Below, piece after piece: positions 38,263 to 48,852 of a DNA stretch of 64,000 bases. The translations under genes and the position numbers were made by a program. The notes beneath the pieces were generated by a model. That model was given only the letters and a program-made list of their open reading frames with translations, had not been told where the DNA came from and searched no databases. Source of the DNA: Candidatus Omnitrophica bacterium UBA6215 (GTDB lineage Bacteria > Omnitrophota > Gorgyraeia > Pluralincolimonadales > Pluralincolimonadaceae); NCBI GenBank assembly GCA_002421665.1, contig DISH01000006.1, forward strand, positions 217,784 to 281,783, written 5' to 3'. Every line of letters starts with the position of its first letter. Position 1 is the stretch's first letter.

Positions 38263-39983
38263 CTCAATTTCAAGTCCTTCAATTGTAACTGCACCATCTC
38301 CTGCCCCTGCCACACATTAATAGAAGGCGTAAAAGCAAGGTCGAATATTGAAGAGGCGGCATCAAGTTTATAATCAAGGGCTTTCCTGAAGCCAACCGCC
38401 TCGTAGGTCGTCTGTCCGTCAGTCACCCATATCTTTAGGGTGTTTGACCCCATTACCTTTGGCGGGGTTTTAAGCTTAAGACCTTTGACGGCAAATACCG
38501 GCTTCCTGTTACCTACCCCATAAGGCTCCAGGAGGGCAAGCTCCTTCATGAGTTTATCGGTTATATCCTTAAGTAAAACCCAGGCGTCTATATCCAACGT
38601 GGGGACCAGGTCAAGCGGTTGGAGAACATCATGCGCTACGGCATTCAAAGCATCGCGGAAATTACCCATGTTTTCCCTGGTAATGCTTATTCCCGCGGCA
38701 TGCTCATGGCCGCCGAACTCGATAAGATGCTCTTTGCATTTCGACAGGGCATCAAAAAGGTGAAAATTCTTTATTGACCTTCCGGAGCCTTTACCGTGAA
38801 GACGACCGTCCTCATCGAACGCCACCAGGACAGTAGGTCTATAGTACCTTTCTACGATACGCGAAGCCACGATCCCTATGACACCGGGATGCCACCTGTC
38901 CCCGTGCAATACTATTACCTTGTGCTCCTTAAAATTCACTTCGCGCTCTACTTTGGAAACGGCGTCCCTTAGGATCGCTTCCTCCATCTTCTGGCGTTCC
39001 CTGTTACTCCTGTCCAACTCGGCCGCAAGGTTAACCGCTTCCTCTTTATCTTCGGTAAGAAGCAGTTTAAGCGAATGCGCGGAAGTCCCCATCCTGCCCG
39101 AAGCATTTATGCGCGGACCCAGGATAAAAGCCACTGTTTCTGAATAAAATTCCTTCTTCCTTCCTATGCCGGCCGCTTCCATAAGTGCCCTCAAGCCGGC
39201 GCGCTTGGTCTTCGCAAGATACTTCAACCCGTGCTTGACCAATATCCTGTTCTCTCCGGTAAGCGGGGCCACATCGGCTATAGTCCCCAATGCCACGAGA
39301 TCCAGGTCCTCCTCCAACGGCCGGATCTCGCTCCCTTTCGGGCGTTCCAAAACCTTTCTTAACGCCTGTGCGAGTTTATATACAAGCCCGACACCGGCAA
39401 GATGTTTATACGGATACCCGGAACCCGCCACAAGGGGATTGAGTATGCCGTAAGAACGGGGTATCTTGCTTTCGAGAGGCTCATGGTGGTCGATTATAAC
39501 GGAATCTATGCCGTTACCGTTAAGAAGGTCTATCTCTTCCGCTGCGGTTATACCGCAATCGACGGATATGGCAAGGTCCATGCCGGTTTTACGTTCCTTC
39601 TCCAAAGCTTGCCGGCTTAAGCCGTAGCCTTCCCTTACGCGATCGGGTATATAAGTCCGGACAACGGCGCCATAATCTTTTAAAGTATTATATAAAAGTG
39701 CCGTAGCCGTAAGGCCGTCTACATCATAGTCGCCGAAGATAACGATCTTCTGCCTGTTCTTGACGGCCAGACCTATCCTTCCGACAACCTTCTGCATGTC
39801 CTTGAAAAGAAACGGATCGTGGAGGGAGGAAAGTTCGCAGGCCAGGAAAGCGCGCGCCTCTGCGGCTGTCTTTACGCCTCTCTTCAGCAACAGGTGCGCA
39901 ACAAGCGGCGATATGCCCGTATCTTCACAAACAGCCCTTGTCTTTTCGGTATCCGGAGAATCTATTTCCCAGGCCTTCTGCAT
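38259..39983 (-). CDS. recJ: Single-stranded-DNA-specific exonuclease RecJ
   Basis: 574 aa with DHH (DYDVDG, DHH) and DHHA1 motifs. Confidence 0.9.
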   Translation of the reverse strand: MQKAWEIDSPDTEKTRAVCEDTGISPLVAHLLLKRGVKTAAEARAFLACELSSLHDPFLFKDMQKVVGRIGLAVKNRQKIVIFGDYDVDGLTATALLYNTLKDYGAVVRTYIPDRVREGYGLSRQALEKERKTGMDLAISVDCGITAAEEIDLLNGNGIDSVIIDHHEPLESKIPRSYGILNPLVAGSGYPYKHLAGVGLVYKLAQALRKVLERPKGSEIRPLEEDLDLVALGTIADVAPLTGENRILVKHGLKYLAKTKRAGLRALMEAAGIGRKKEFYSETVAFILGPRINASGRMGTSAHSLKLLLTEDKEEAVNLAAELDRSNRERQKMEEAILRDAVSKVEREVNFKEHKVIVLHGDRWHPGVIGIVASRIVERYYRPTVLVAFDEDGRLHGKGSGRSIKNFHLFDALSKCKEHLIEFGGHEHAAGISITRENMGNFRDALNAVAHDVLQPLDLVPTLDIDAWVLLKDITDKLMKELALLEPYGVGNRKPVFAVKGLKLKTPPKVMGSNTLKIWVTDGQTTYEAVGFRKALDYKLDAASSIFDLAFTPSINVWQGQEMVQLQLKDLKLS

Positions 39984-39984
39984 G

Positions 39985-40851
39985 TCAGGCGGGCTCTATA
40001 TGGACCATGACATCCGTAACGCCCTGGAATTTTTCGCGTATGCGTTTCTCGATCACGGTAGCAAGGTCATGGGACTTGCCTACTGTCATGTTCCTGTCAA
40101 CGGTTATATGCAGGTCTACATGTATGTCATCCGCCCTTCCGCGCGTACGTATCCTGTGGCAACCGACCACATCCTTCAGGTCGGAAAGAGCTTCGTTAAT
40201 GTCCTGGCTGTTGATGACGGCATAATCGGTAAGGACCCTGGAGGTGTCCCTTAGTATCCCGACCCCGACATAGCCGATAAGTAAAGCTATTATCATCCCG
40301 GCTATGACATCTATGATGGGCAGGCCGAGCCTGACGCTTATCAAGCTGACCACTACCATTACGGAAGCGAGTATGTCCGATCCGGTATGGAGGGAATCCG
40401 CTATCAGGAAGTCGCTGTTTAGCTCCCTGCCCTTCTTCATCTCGTACCTGACAACCCAGACATTGACCAAAAGGGTTATACCCATTACGACAAAACTCAG
40501 GACCGTAGCTTCCGGAACTATAAGCTCTTGGTGAATAAGCTTGTGTACGGAATTACTCAACAGCCTGAATGCCACAAGGAAGAGCGCAACCGCTATAGCC
40601 ATGGAAGCCAGGGTCTCGTACTTCCTGTGTCCGTAAGGATGGCCTACGTCACGGGGGCGTGCCGCCACTCCTATACCGATAAGCCCTATGATATTCGATG
40701 ACCCGTCGGAAAGCGAGTGCACGCCGTCCGCGAACATCGAGACCGAGTTCGTAATGTGGCCGTAGACCATCTTCGCGACAGCCACGCCCCAGTTAAGGAG
40801 CAATATCGCTATGAGAAGACGGCGTATCTGCGAAAACTTGTTTTCGCTCAT
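39985..40851 (-). CDS. Cation diffusion facilitator family metal efflux transporter
   Basis: 288 aa. Six TM helices with conserved HSLSD/HTGSD metal-site motifs and a C-terminal cytoplasmic domain. Confidence 0.85.
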   Translation of the reverse strand: MSENKFSQIRRLLIAILLLNWGVAVAKMVYGHITNSVSMFADGVHSLSDGSSNIIGLIGIGVAARPRDVGHPYGHRKYETLASMAIAVALFLVAFRLLSNSVHKLIHQELIVPEATVLSFVVMGITLLVNVWVVRYEMKKGRELNSDFLIADSLHTGSDILASVMVVVSLISVRLGLPIIDVIAGMIIALLIGYVGVGILRDTSRVLTDYAVINSQDINEALSDLKDVVGCHRIRTRGRADDIHVDLHITVDRNMTVGKSHDLATVIEKRIREKFQGVTDVMVHIEPA

Positions 40852-43067
40852 AACCCTTTCTTTTTATTCCCGTGGAACAGAAGCATGAGCGGGCTGGCTA
40901 TGAAGACCGTCGAATAGACGCCCGATATAAAACCTACGAGCAGGCAGAAAGCGAAATCATTGAGCACCTCTCCGCCGTAGAAATAGAGTATCGCAACAAC
41001 AACCAGCACGGTAAAAGAAGTAAGAAGCGTCCTGGACATCGTCTGGTTGACGCTCAGGTTTATCAGGTCCTTAAGCGACATCTTGGGATTGATCCTGGCG
41101 TTCTCCCTTATCCTGTCATAGATAACTATCGTGTCGTTTATGGAAAAACCCGCGATAGTAAGAAGACCGGAGACTATAAGCAGCGACATCTCGCGTCCGG
41201 TCAGCGCCATGAAGCCCATGGCTACGAATACATCGTGGAAAAGCGCGAGTACGCCCGCCAAGGCAAAATACCAGTGCTTGAACCTGAAAGCCACATAAGC
41301 CATAATGCCTATCATGGAGAATACGATGGCATACGTCGCCTTTGTTCGCAGCTGGTTTCCTACCGAAGGACCGACTTTTTCTATCCTTATGACCTCTGCC
41401 TTGTTATCCTTGAAGGCCGATTCGAATTTCTTCGTTATCTCGTTCGTTACTTCCCCTGAAGTGCGTACTATGAACTCCTTTGGATCGTCTCTCAGCTGTT
41501 GGACGGAAGCATCTCCCAATCCGATCTCTGCCAGGGCGCTGCGCACATCCTTGACATCCACGAGTTTCTGGAACCTGAATTCCTGGACCTGGCCTCCTTT
41601 AAAATCGACACCGTAGACATCCGAACCCCTCATGAAGAAAGTGCCCATCCCTACGATGAGGACAGCGGCGGACAGCGCATAGCATATCCAGCGTATTTTG
41701 ATGTAATTTATCTTGGGCGTACCGATTATCTTGAGCATCGGAAGGCCCTTGATAAGTTTCATGCCCATAAGAAGCTCGAATATAACCCTCGTTACGAATA
41801 CAGATGTGAACATGCTGATAAGAAGACCTATGATAAGGGTAAGGGCAAAACCGCGGATCGGGCCGGTACCGAACTGGAACAAGAAGATCGCCGCCACTAC
41901 GGTAGTAAGGTTGGAGTCTATGATTGCGCTCATCGCCCTGTCGTAACCGAGCCTTATGGCTTGCCCCAGTGTTTTCCCCGATTCAAGCTCTTCCCTCATT
42001 CTCTCCTGTATAAGGACATTTGCGTCAACGGCCATACCCAGGGTAAGTACTATACCCGCTATACCGGGCAGGGTAAGCGTTACATGAAAATACGCCATGG
42101 ACCCGAGCAGTAACACAAGGTTCAGGACAAGCGCTATGTCCGCGACAAAACCCGCAAGCAGGTAATAGACAAGCATGAAAGCACCGACAAAAGCAGCGCC
42201 AAGGAGAGTGGCCCTTATACCAGCGTTTATGGAATCCTGCCCGAGCAGCGGTCCTATGGTCCTCTCCTCTTCGATATATACCGGCGCGGGAAGCGCACCG
42301 ACCTTAAGGACTATAGCAAGGTCTCCTGCCTCTTCTTTCGAGAACCTGCCGGTGATCTGAGCCTGGCCCGAAGGTATCGCTTCGCGTATCTGCGGAGCAG
42401 ACTTGACCTTTCCGTCAAGGACGATAGCAAGCCTGCGACCCACGTTCTCCTGGGTTATCTTGGCGAATTTCTTTGCGCCTTCGGCATTGAACTGTATGGA
42501 GACATAGGGTTCGTTGAAATGCGATTGGTCAAAACTCATGAATGCAGCCGTAAGGGCATCGCCGGTAAGGACCGCGGTCTTTTCAAGCAGCAACGGGTTT
42601 TCATCTTCATCTTTTGTCAGTTCATATCCCGCCGGGACTTCACCTTGAAGAGCCTTATTCAATCTTTCGGCATCGCTTGATACCAGCTTGAACTCGAGTT
42701 GCGCGGTCTTGCCTATAAGCTGGAGAGCGCGCTCTCTGTCCGTTATACCCGGCAGCTGGACGACTATCTCATCCTTGCCCTGCGGGGATATCTGCGGCTC
42801 CTTAACGCCGAACTCGTCTATCCTGTTGCGGATTACTTCCAGGGCCCTCTCCGCCGCGTCCTTCCTGGCTTCTTCGGGTATCTTGGAAGTATCAACCTTC
42901 AGTACAAGATGCATACCTCCCTGCAGGTCGAGGCCGAGATTTATCCTGCCCTCCCGCGTAACATTCCCGTCCTTGTCCTTTACATCAAACGGAGGGTATA
43001 TAAAGTACAGTGAGGCTCCTACGAGAGCGACTACCAGCAATAATTTCCACAGAAGCCCCTTTTTCAT
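40848..43067 (-). CDS. secDF: Protein translocase subunit SecDF (fused SecD-SecF)
   Basis: 739 aa. A SecD periplasmic domain plus a 6-TM bundle, followed by a SecF-like second half beginning around KIIGTPKINYIKIRW. Confidence 0.9.
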   Translation of the reverse strand: MKKGLLWKLLLVVALVGASLYFIYPPFDVKDKDGNVTREGRINLGLDLQGGMHLVLKVDTSKIPEEARKDAAERALEVIRNRIDEFGVKEPQISPQGKDEIVVQLPGITDRERALQLIGKTAQLEFKLVSSDAERLNKALQGEVPAGYELTKDEDENPLLLEKTAVLTGDALTAAFMSFDQSHFNEPYVSIQFNAEGAKKFAKITQENVGRRLAIVLDGKVKSAPQIREAIPSGQAQITGRFSKEEAGDLAIVLKVGALPAPVYIEEERTIGPLLGQDSINAGIRATLLGAAFVGAFMLVYYLLAGFVADIALVLNLVLLLGSMAYFHVTLTLPGIAGIVLTLGMAVDANVLIQERMREELESGKTLGQAIRLGYDRAMSAIIDSNLTTVVAAIFLFQFGTGPIRGFALTLIIGLLISMFTSVFVTRVIFELLMGMKLIKGLPMLKIIGTPKINYIKIRWICYALSAAVLIVGMGTFFMRGSDVYGVDFKGGQVQEFRFQKLVDVKDVRSALAEIGLGDASVQQLRDDPKEFIVRTSGEVTNEITKKFESAFKDNKAEVIRIEKVGPSVGNQLRTKATYAIVFSMIGIMAYVAFRFKHWYFALAGVLALFHDVFVAMGFMALTGREMSLLIVSGLLTIAGFSINDTIVIYDRIRENARINPKMSLKDLINLSVNQTMSRTLLTSFTVLVVVAILYFYGGEVLNDFAFCLLVGFISGVYSTVFIASPLMLLFHGNKKKGL

Positions 43068-43357
43068 TTCTCCTCTCCCGACCTCTTCTTTACCATATAA
43101 GAGATAGCGTATTTATCGACTTCCATCTTCGCATTATCGTCTATTCGCAATACCACGGAGGTCTCTTTTACGTTGACTATCGTCCCGTGTATCCCCCCGG
43201 ACGTAACGACCTCGTCGTTCTTGGCAAGACTCTTTACCATCTCCTGATGGCGCTTGCGTTCCTTCTGTTGGGGCCTGATCAAAAGGAAATAGAATATGAC
43301 AAAAACCAGTATAAGCGGTATGAAACTGCCTATCGATCCTGCAGCCTGTGGGTCCAT
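43064..43357 (-). CDS. yajC: Preprotein translocase subunit YajC
   Basis: 97 aa with a single TM and the conserved FLLIRPQQKR motif. Confidence 0.85.
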   Translation of the reverse strand: MDPQAAGSIGSFIPLILVFVIFYFLLIRPQQKERKRHQEMVKSLAKNDEVVTSGGIHGTIVNVKETSVVLRIDDNAKMEVDKYAISYMVKKRSGEEK

Positions 43358-44466
43358 TTTTCCATCCTTTCGTTTTTGTATTCCGTGAACTTGCCTTCCT
43401 TTATCGCCTGCCTTATCCCGCGCATAAGTCTCTGGTAAAAATAAATGTTATGCAAAGAGACGAGCTTGAGCCCGAGAATCTCATCCGTGTTGAACAGGTG
43501 CCTGATGTAGCTGCGCGTATGGTTCCTGCATGCGTAACAACCACACCCCTCCTCTATCGGGGAGAGGTCGGACGAGTTAACGGCTGTCCTTACGGAAAAC
43601 CTGCCTTCAGACGTGAACGCCGTCCCGTTGCGCCCGTTCCTGGTCGGAACTACGCAATCGAACATGTCTATGCCGTGCGAAACCGCTTCCAGTATATCAC
43701 GGGGTTCGCCTACCCCCATAAGGTATCTCGGCTTGTCTTCCGGCAGCAGCGACACGGTAAAATCCGTAATCTCGCTGGTTATCTCCCTGGGTTCGCCTAC
43801 CGCAAGACCGCCTAAAGCATAACCGTCGAAATCCATTCCTACAAGCTCTTCGGCGCATTCCTTCCTGAGGTCCTCATACGAGGCACCCTGCACTATCCCG
43901 AATAGATGCTGTTCCCGGTTGGGGCCGGGACCGGTATCGGCAAAAGCGGTTTTCGAAAGACGGGCCCATTCAAGGGTCCTCTTAACTGCCCGTTTGGCCA
44001 TCCCGTGCTCGCATGGGTAATGTACGCACTCATCAAGGACCATCATTATATCACTTCCGAGCGCGGTTTGGAACTCTAACATGCTCCTTGGGGTGAGGAA
44101 ATGCTTAGAGCCGTCTATGTGTGATTGGAACTCAACTCCCTCATCCGTCACTTTTCGCAGGACTGCAAGGCTAAAAACCTGGAAACCGCCCGAGTCGGTC
44201 AGTATGGGCCTGTCCCAATTCATGAACCTATGCAGACCGCCCGCATTCCTTATTATATCCGCACCCGGCCTGAGATACAAGTGGTACGCGTTTGACAGCA
44301 GTATCTGGACGCCGCAACCCTTTAATTCATCGTTGGAAAGGGTCTTTACGGTGGCCTGCGTACCCACCGGCATGAACGCGGGGGTCTCGAACTCCCCGTG
44401 GGAAGTTTTTACTTTGCCTGACCTGGCACGCGTCGATATGTCTTTTGCGGTTATCTCTATTTTCAT
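43330..44466 (-). CDS. tgt: Queuine tRNA-ribosyltransferase
   Basis: 378 aa. Motifs GEFETPAFMPVGTQATVK, a DSGGFQ catalytic Asp and a zinc site CxCxxC...H. Confidence 0.9.
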   Translation of the reverse strand: MKIEITAKDISTRARSGKVKTSHGEFETPAFMPVGTQATVKTLSNDELKGCGVQILLSNAYHLYLRPGADIIRNAGGLHRFMNWDRPILTDSGGFQVFSLAVLRKVTDEGVEFQSHIDGSKHFLTPRSMLEFQTALGSDIMMVLDECVHYPCEHGMAKRAVKRTLEWARLSKTAFADTGPGPNREQHLFGIVQGASYEDLRKECAEELVGMDFDGYALGGLAVGEPREITSEITDFTVSLLPEDKPRYLMGVGEPRDILEAVSHGIDMFDCVVPTRNGRNGTAFTSEGRFSVRTAVNSSDLSPIEEGCGCYACRNHTRSYIRHLFNTDEILGLKLVSLHNIYFYQRLMRGIRQAIKEGKFTEYKNERMEKWTHRLQDR

Positions 44467-45506
44467 ATTATGAGCATGGAATCGCCGTAGCTGTAAAACC
44501 TGTATTTCTCCTTTACGGCCTCTTCATAAGCCTGAAACATTATCTCTTTCCCGCAAAAAGCCGCGACAAGCATAAGCAGCGTGGTCTTGGGCAAATGGAA
44601 ATTCGTAATAAGTGCATCGACGAACTTGAAATTATACGGCGGATAGATGAAAAGATTGGTCCAGCCCTTCCCCTGTTCCACCTTGTTCCTGGTCCCCTTT
44701 ACAAGCCGTGCCTGGTTCTCTATAACCCGGCACGTGGTAGTCCCCACGGCGAATATCTTACCGCCGCGCTCCTTTACCGAATTGAGCTTTTGGGTCGTCT
44801 CCGGTTTCAGCTCGAACAATTCGGGTTCCATCTTGTGCCTCAAGACTTCGTCTACCATGACCGGCTTGAAGGTCCCGTAACCGACGTGGAGGGTCAACGA
44901 CTCCACCGAAGCGCCCCTGGATTCGATATTCCTTATAAGGTCATCCGTAAAATGTAAACCTGCTGTAGGGGCTGCCACTGCCCCTGGTGCCCTGGCGTAT
45001 ACTGTCTGGTACCTCTCCTCATCGGATTTCTCCGGGACCCTTTTGATATAAGGAGGCAGCGGAACTATGCCTATATTTTCCAGGACGGAATTGAAATCGC
45101 TTCCGTTAACGTTAAACTCAATGAGCCTTATCCCGTCGCTTTCGCCGCGGATGGTCCCCGTAACATCCCCCTCGCCGAATGCCAGCTTCGTCCCCACCCT
45201 GATCTTGGTGGAAGTATCGATGAGGCATTTATACAGGCGATCGCTCATCTTCTCGATAAGCATAACTTCCGCCTTACCGCCGGTATCTGCACGCTTTCCT
45301 GGGAGGCGGGCCTTTATGACCTTCGTGTCATTGACCACCAGGCAATCGCCCGGGTTTATATAACCCGCGATATCGCAAAAGTTCCTGTGCTCGATCTTCT
45401 TCGATATCTTATGCACTACCATGAGACGCGAAGCATCACGCGCCTGCGCGGGATACTGCGCTATCAGTTCTTCGGGAAGCTTATAATTAAACTCGCTGAC
45501 TTTCAT
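44463..45506 (-). CDS. queA: S-adenosylmethionine:tRNA ribosyltransferase-isomerase QueA
   Basis: The start is set at MKVSEFNYKLPEELIAQYP, directly after the spoIID-like stop. The ORF-track start at 45641 extends 45 codons into the upstream gene. Confidence 0.9.
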   Translation of the reverse strand: MKVSEFNYKLPEELIAQYPAQARDASRLMVVHKISKKIEHRNFCDIAGYINPGDCLVVNDTKVIKARLPGKRADTGGKAEVMLIEKMSDRLYKCLIDTSTKIRVGTKLAFGEGDVTGTIRGESDGIRLIEFNVNGSDFNSVLENIGIVPLPPYIKRVPEKSDEERYQTVYARAPGAVAAPTAGLHFTDDLIRNIESRGASVESLTLHVGYGTFKPVMVDEVLRHKMEPELFELKPETTQKLNSVKERGGKIFAVGTTTCRVIENQARLVKGTRNKVEQGKGWTNLFIYPPYNFKFVDALITNFHLPKTTLLMLVAAFCGKEIMFQAYEEAVKEKYRFYSYGDSMLII

Positions 45507-46672
45507 TTTGCGTTTTTTTCTCCATAGTTGTCCATGATCTTGGAACCGGGATAATAGAAATACAATATCTCGTCGGCTTTCTTCCCTGCGCGCGACATGT
45601 AATACGCGCCCCACTGGCATAGCCCTACGCCGTGGCCCCATCCAAGTCCTTCGAACGCTACATATTCGCCTATCACAGTGACCTTGAAGTTCGTGCTCCT
45701 GACCGTATCCGAACCCATTATCCTCCTGAAATCCTTCGCGAGCAGCACGGAATCGCCTTTCGTCCCCTTTACTCGCAACTCCGATATCCTGCCGGAATGG
45801 TCCCTTCGTATGACATCAAAACCCAGGATATCGCCGACGGGGTAACCTGCTTCATCTAACCTTTGTTCGGCCTCGTTTACGGGCATCCAGCGCTCCCAAT
45901 AATAATGCGGCGACTTCCTGCACCAGTTGCATTTAACGCCTTTCAACGGCGGCAGGTCTATATTCCAGAGGTTTGCGGCATCGAACGTGCTGCCCCCGCA
46001 CGTCGCATGGAAGAACGCGGGGAATACCGCCCCCTTATAGGTAAGGACCTGTCCTCGCGTCTGTTCGACCGCCCTGTTCGTCCTCCATTTTTCGGAGAAT
46101 ATTCCTCCGTATACCTGTGAATTCACGTCGGCGTATACGTCATAATCCTTGCCCTTCGATTCGTTGATCTGGTTAAGGGCATATGTCCTGGCGGCTATAG
46201 CCTGGGCCTTCAGCGCTTCCATCGGCCACCATGTCGATACCTCATTCCGTATTACGCCATACAAATACTCCTCTAGGTCAACGGTATTTATCACCATGAC
46301 CTTGCCCGATATGTTATATATCTTTATCTCGCCCCGGAATACCCTCTCGTTTATATAGGCCCGAGCACCGCCTAAAGGCTCTATCTCGACTGCCGGAGAG
46401 TCGATCGCGGAACCGCCTATATCGAAACCCGCCCCGGAAGGTTTGAGAAACGAGTCTCCCAGGTACTTGCCTTCAAGCAGTGGTTTTTTGGAGACTAGGT
46501 CCGATATCCTGTAATTACCCGCTATGCGTAACCTTACGGCATCCGCGTCTTTTACAACAGATACGCGGACAAGCGGGGTCTTGCAGGTATCCTGCGCAGA
46601 TGCGGCAACCGGCAAAGACGCCAAAAAGACAAGAACGGCGATATCTATTATCGGGCGCAGGCGTCTTATCAT
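45503..46672 (-). CDS. SpoIID/LytB-domain protein (peptidoglycan amidase enhancer family)
   Basis: 389 aa with a signal peptide and the SpoIID signature EEYLYGVIRNEVSTWWPMEALKAQAIAARTYAL. Confidence 0.85.
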   Translation of the reverse strand: MIRRLRPIIDIAVLVFLASLPVAASAQDTCKTPLVRVSVVKDADAVRLRIAGNYRISDLVSKKPLLEGKYLGDSFLKPSGAGFDIGGSAIDSPAVEIEPLGGARAYINERVFRGEIKIYNISGKVMVINTVDLEEYLYGVIRNEVSTWWPMEALKAQAIAARTYALNQINESKGKDYDVYADVNSQVYGGIFSEKWRTNRAVEQTRGQVLTYKGAVFPAFFHATCGGSTFDAANLWNIDLPPLKGVKCNWCRKSPHYYWERWMPVNEAEQRLDEAGYPVGDILGFDVIRRDHSGRISELRVKGTKGDSVLLAKDFRRIMGSDTVRSTNFKVTVIGEYVAFEGLGWGHGVGLCQWGAYYMSRAGKKADEILYFYYPGSKIMDNYGEKNAK

Positions 46673-46678
46673 GACCGG

Positions 46679-47731
46679 CTAAAATAACTCCTTCTGCGAT
46701 TCTCTTTTGGGCGGGATTTTGAGGTGGACGCGGGCGGCATCAGTAACTTCCCTGCCCCTTGGCGTCCTCTTAAGAAAACCTATCTTGAGAAGGAAGGGTT
46801 CTACTACATCGGATATCGTGTCCGGCTCCTCGTTTAGGGTCGCTGAGATCGAGTCTATACCGACCGGACCGCCTTTATAGGTATCGATTATCGCTTTTAG
46901 AACTTTTCTATCGAGGCCGTCCAGGCCCATCTGGTCTATTCCAAGCATGGACAACGACCTATCAACGGTAGCGGCATCGACCTTACCCGAGTTCTTGACC
47001 TCTGCATAATCCCTTACCCTGCGGAGGAGCCTGTTGGCTATTCGAGGGGTGCCGCGGGACCTGCGGGATATCTCGCCGGCGCTTTCCTTGTCCAGGCTTA
47101 TCTTGAGGATCTTTGCCGACCTCTTGACTATCTGGACAAGTTCCTCCGGAGAATAGAAATCTAATGTATAGAGCATGCCAAACCTTCCCCTCATGGGAGC
47201 GCTCAACAAGCCCGAACGGGTCGTAGCTCCGACAAGGGTAAAATGCTTTAAATTGAACTTGATTGTCTTTGCGTAAGGCCCCTTGTCTATGGTGAAATCT
47301 ATCTGGTAGTTCTCCATGGCCGGGTAAAGGAACTCCTCGACAACCTTGGAGAGACGATGTATCTCATCGATAAAAAGTATATCCCCTTCGCCGAGATTCG
47401 TAAGTATCCCTATCAGGTCGCCGGCGCGTTCGATGGCCGGGCCTGAGGTGGCCGTTATCTTGGTACCCATCTCGCCGGCTATTATATGGGCAAGAGTGGT
47501 CTTGCCGAGGCCCGGAGGACCGGAAAAAAGCACATGCTCAAGGGGCTCATCCCTCTTTTTCGCCGCCGCAATGGCGATTAGGACATTATCGACCACGGAC
47601 TTTTGCCCGACAAAATCGCCTATACTCCCCGGACGCAGTGACAGGTTAAGTATAGCATCTTCCTCGGTCTCCTGCGCAAAGACCAGCTTCTCGCGCAATG
47701 ATGCCTGCCTGTTCTCTTTTTCGGGGCTCAT
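46679..47731 (-). CDS. ruvB: Holliday junction branch migration helicase RuvB
   Basis: 350-aa AAA+ protein with GPPGLGKTT and a winged-helix C-terminus. Confidence 0.9.
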   Translation of the reverse strand: MSPEKENRQASLREKLVFAQETEEDAILNLSLRPGSIGDFVGQKSVVDNVLIAIAAAKKRDEPLEHVLFSGPPGLGKTTLAHIIAGEMGTKITATSGPAIERAGDLIGILTNLGEGDILFIDEIHRLSKVVEEFLYPAMENYQIDFTIDKGPYAKTIKFNLKHFTLVGATTRSGLLSAPMRGRFGMLYTLDFYSPEELVQIVKRSAKILKISLDKESAGEISRRSRGTPRIANRLLRRVRDYAEVKNSGKVDAATVDRSLSMLGIDQMGLDGLDRKVLKAIIDTYKGGPVGIDSISATLNEEPDTISDVVEPFLLKIGFLKRTPRGREVTDAARVHLKIPPKRESQKELF

Positions 47732-48396
47732 CCCTTATCTTTCCTGTTCTTATAGACTTCGTTGAGCAGGTCTTCGGCGGTATTGCACTTTGGCGAACGC
47801 TGTAAGGCTTTTCCTACCATCTCCTTCGCTTCCTGTTTTGTATACTGTAATTGCAGGAGCACATCGACCGCTTCTTCCGCGAAATCCTGCGCACCCGTCG
47901 CCGCAACTTCAATACCATACTCCTGTATAAGCCCAAACTTGCCAAGCTTGTTCTGGAGCTTTGCGACTATCTCTTTGGCCCTTTGTTCCCCTATACCCGG
48001 GAGGGACCTGAGGGTGGAAAGATCCCCGTCGGCTATGGCCTTTACTACCTGCGGGATGGAAGCATTCAATGCCTTGACCGCGGCTTTAGGCCCTATACCG
48101 GAGACCGTTATGAACTTTTCAAAAAATTCCTTTTCTATCTCGTTCAGGAAACCGATCAGAACGGGAATGCTGCGAGCAGGATCGGTATGGTAATAATGGT
48201 AAGTTATAAGCTGTATTGTGCCGTCAGGGGAAATGTTGGAGTCTATGGCCTTCATCACGCAGCCGGGTATCAGGACTTCATAGGAAAGCCCTCCGCCAAC
48301 ATCGATTATAAGCGACGAAATTTTACGTTTGGCTATCTTTCCGTGGATATGGGATATGATCCTATTGCCCTCCTGATTTCCGAGCAATGTACGCAT
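47728..48396 (-). CDS. ruvA: Holliday junction DNA helicase RuvA
   Basis: An OB domain (IIDVGGGLSYEV) plus paired HhH motifs. The start is uncertain; MRTLLG at top 48396 is chosen over the ORF-track 48420, and both overlap ruvC. Confidence 0.8.
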   Translation of the reverse strand: MRTLLGNQEGNRIISHIHGKIAKRKISSLIIDVGGGLSYEVLIPGCVMKAIDSNISPDGTIQLITYHYYHTDPARSIPVLIGFLNEIEKEFFEKFITVSGIGPKAAVKALNASIPQVVKAIADGDLSTLRSLPGIGEQRAKEIVAKLQNKLGKFGLIQEYGIEVAATGAQDFAEEAVDVLLQLQYTKQEAKEMVGKALQRSPKCNTAEDLLNEVYKNRKDKG

Positions 48397-48850
48397 GCGC
48401 GACCGCAAGCGCCAGAGCATCCGAGATGTCCGGCGGCTCAGGCGCCGCTTCCATGCCGAAAAGGTTCTGGATCATGCGCTGCATCTGGTATTTACTGGCA
48501 TGCCCGGCTCCAGTAACGGCTTTCTTTACGCGGGTAGCCGGGTAACCTACAAGTTCGGCTCCCGACTTCTTTGCGAGAAGGCACACGACCCCTCTCGCGT
48601 GACCCATAAGTATCGCCGTCATCGGGTGTTTGTAATGCGAATAAAGTTGCTCGAGTACCAGGACTTCCGGCTTGTGCTCTTTTACAAGCCCTTCCAAGCC
48701 GTCATATATCTTCCCAAGCCTTGCTTCCAGGTTTTCATTTGTACGGGTCCTGACGACGCCCGCTTCTATCAATCTCAGGTTACGGGGCCCCGCTTCTATG
48801 AGGCCGTAGCCCGTAATGCACAGACCTGGGTCAATACCCAGAATCTTCAT
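48362..48850 (-). CDS. ruvC: Crossover junction endodeoxyribonuclease RuvC
   Basis: 162 aa, MKILGIDPGL..., with the catalytic acidic residues conserved. Confidence 0.9.
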   Translation of the reverse strand: MKILGIDPGLCITGYGLIEAGPRNLRLIEAGVVRTRTNENLEARLGKIYDGLEGLVKEHKPEVLVLEQLYSHYKHPMTAILMGHARGVVCLLAKKSGAELVGYPATRVKKAVTGAGHASKYQMQRMIQNLFGMEAAPEPPDISDALALAVAHAYIARKSGGQ

Positions 48851-48852
48851 TA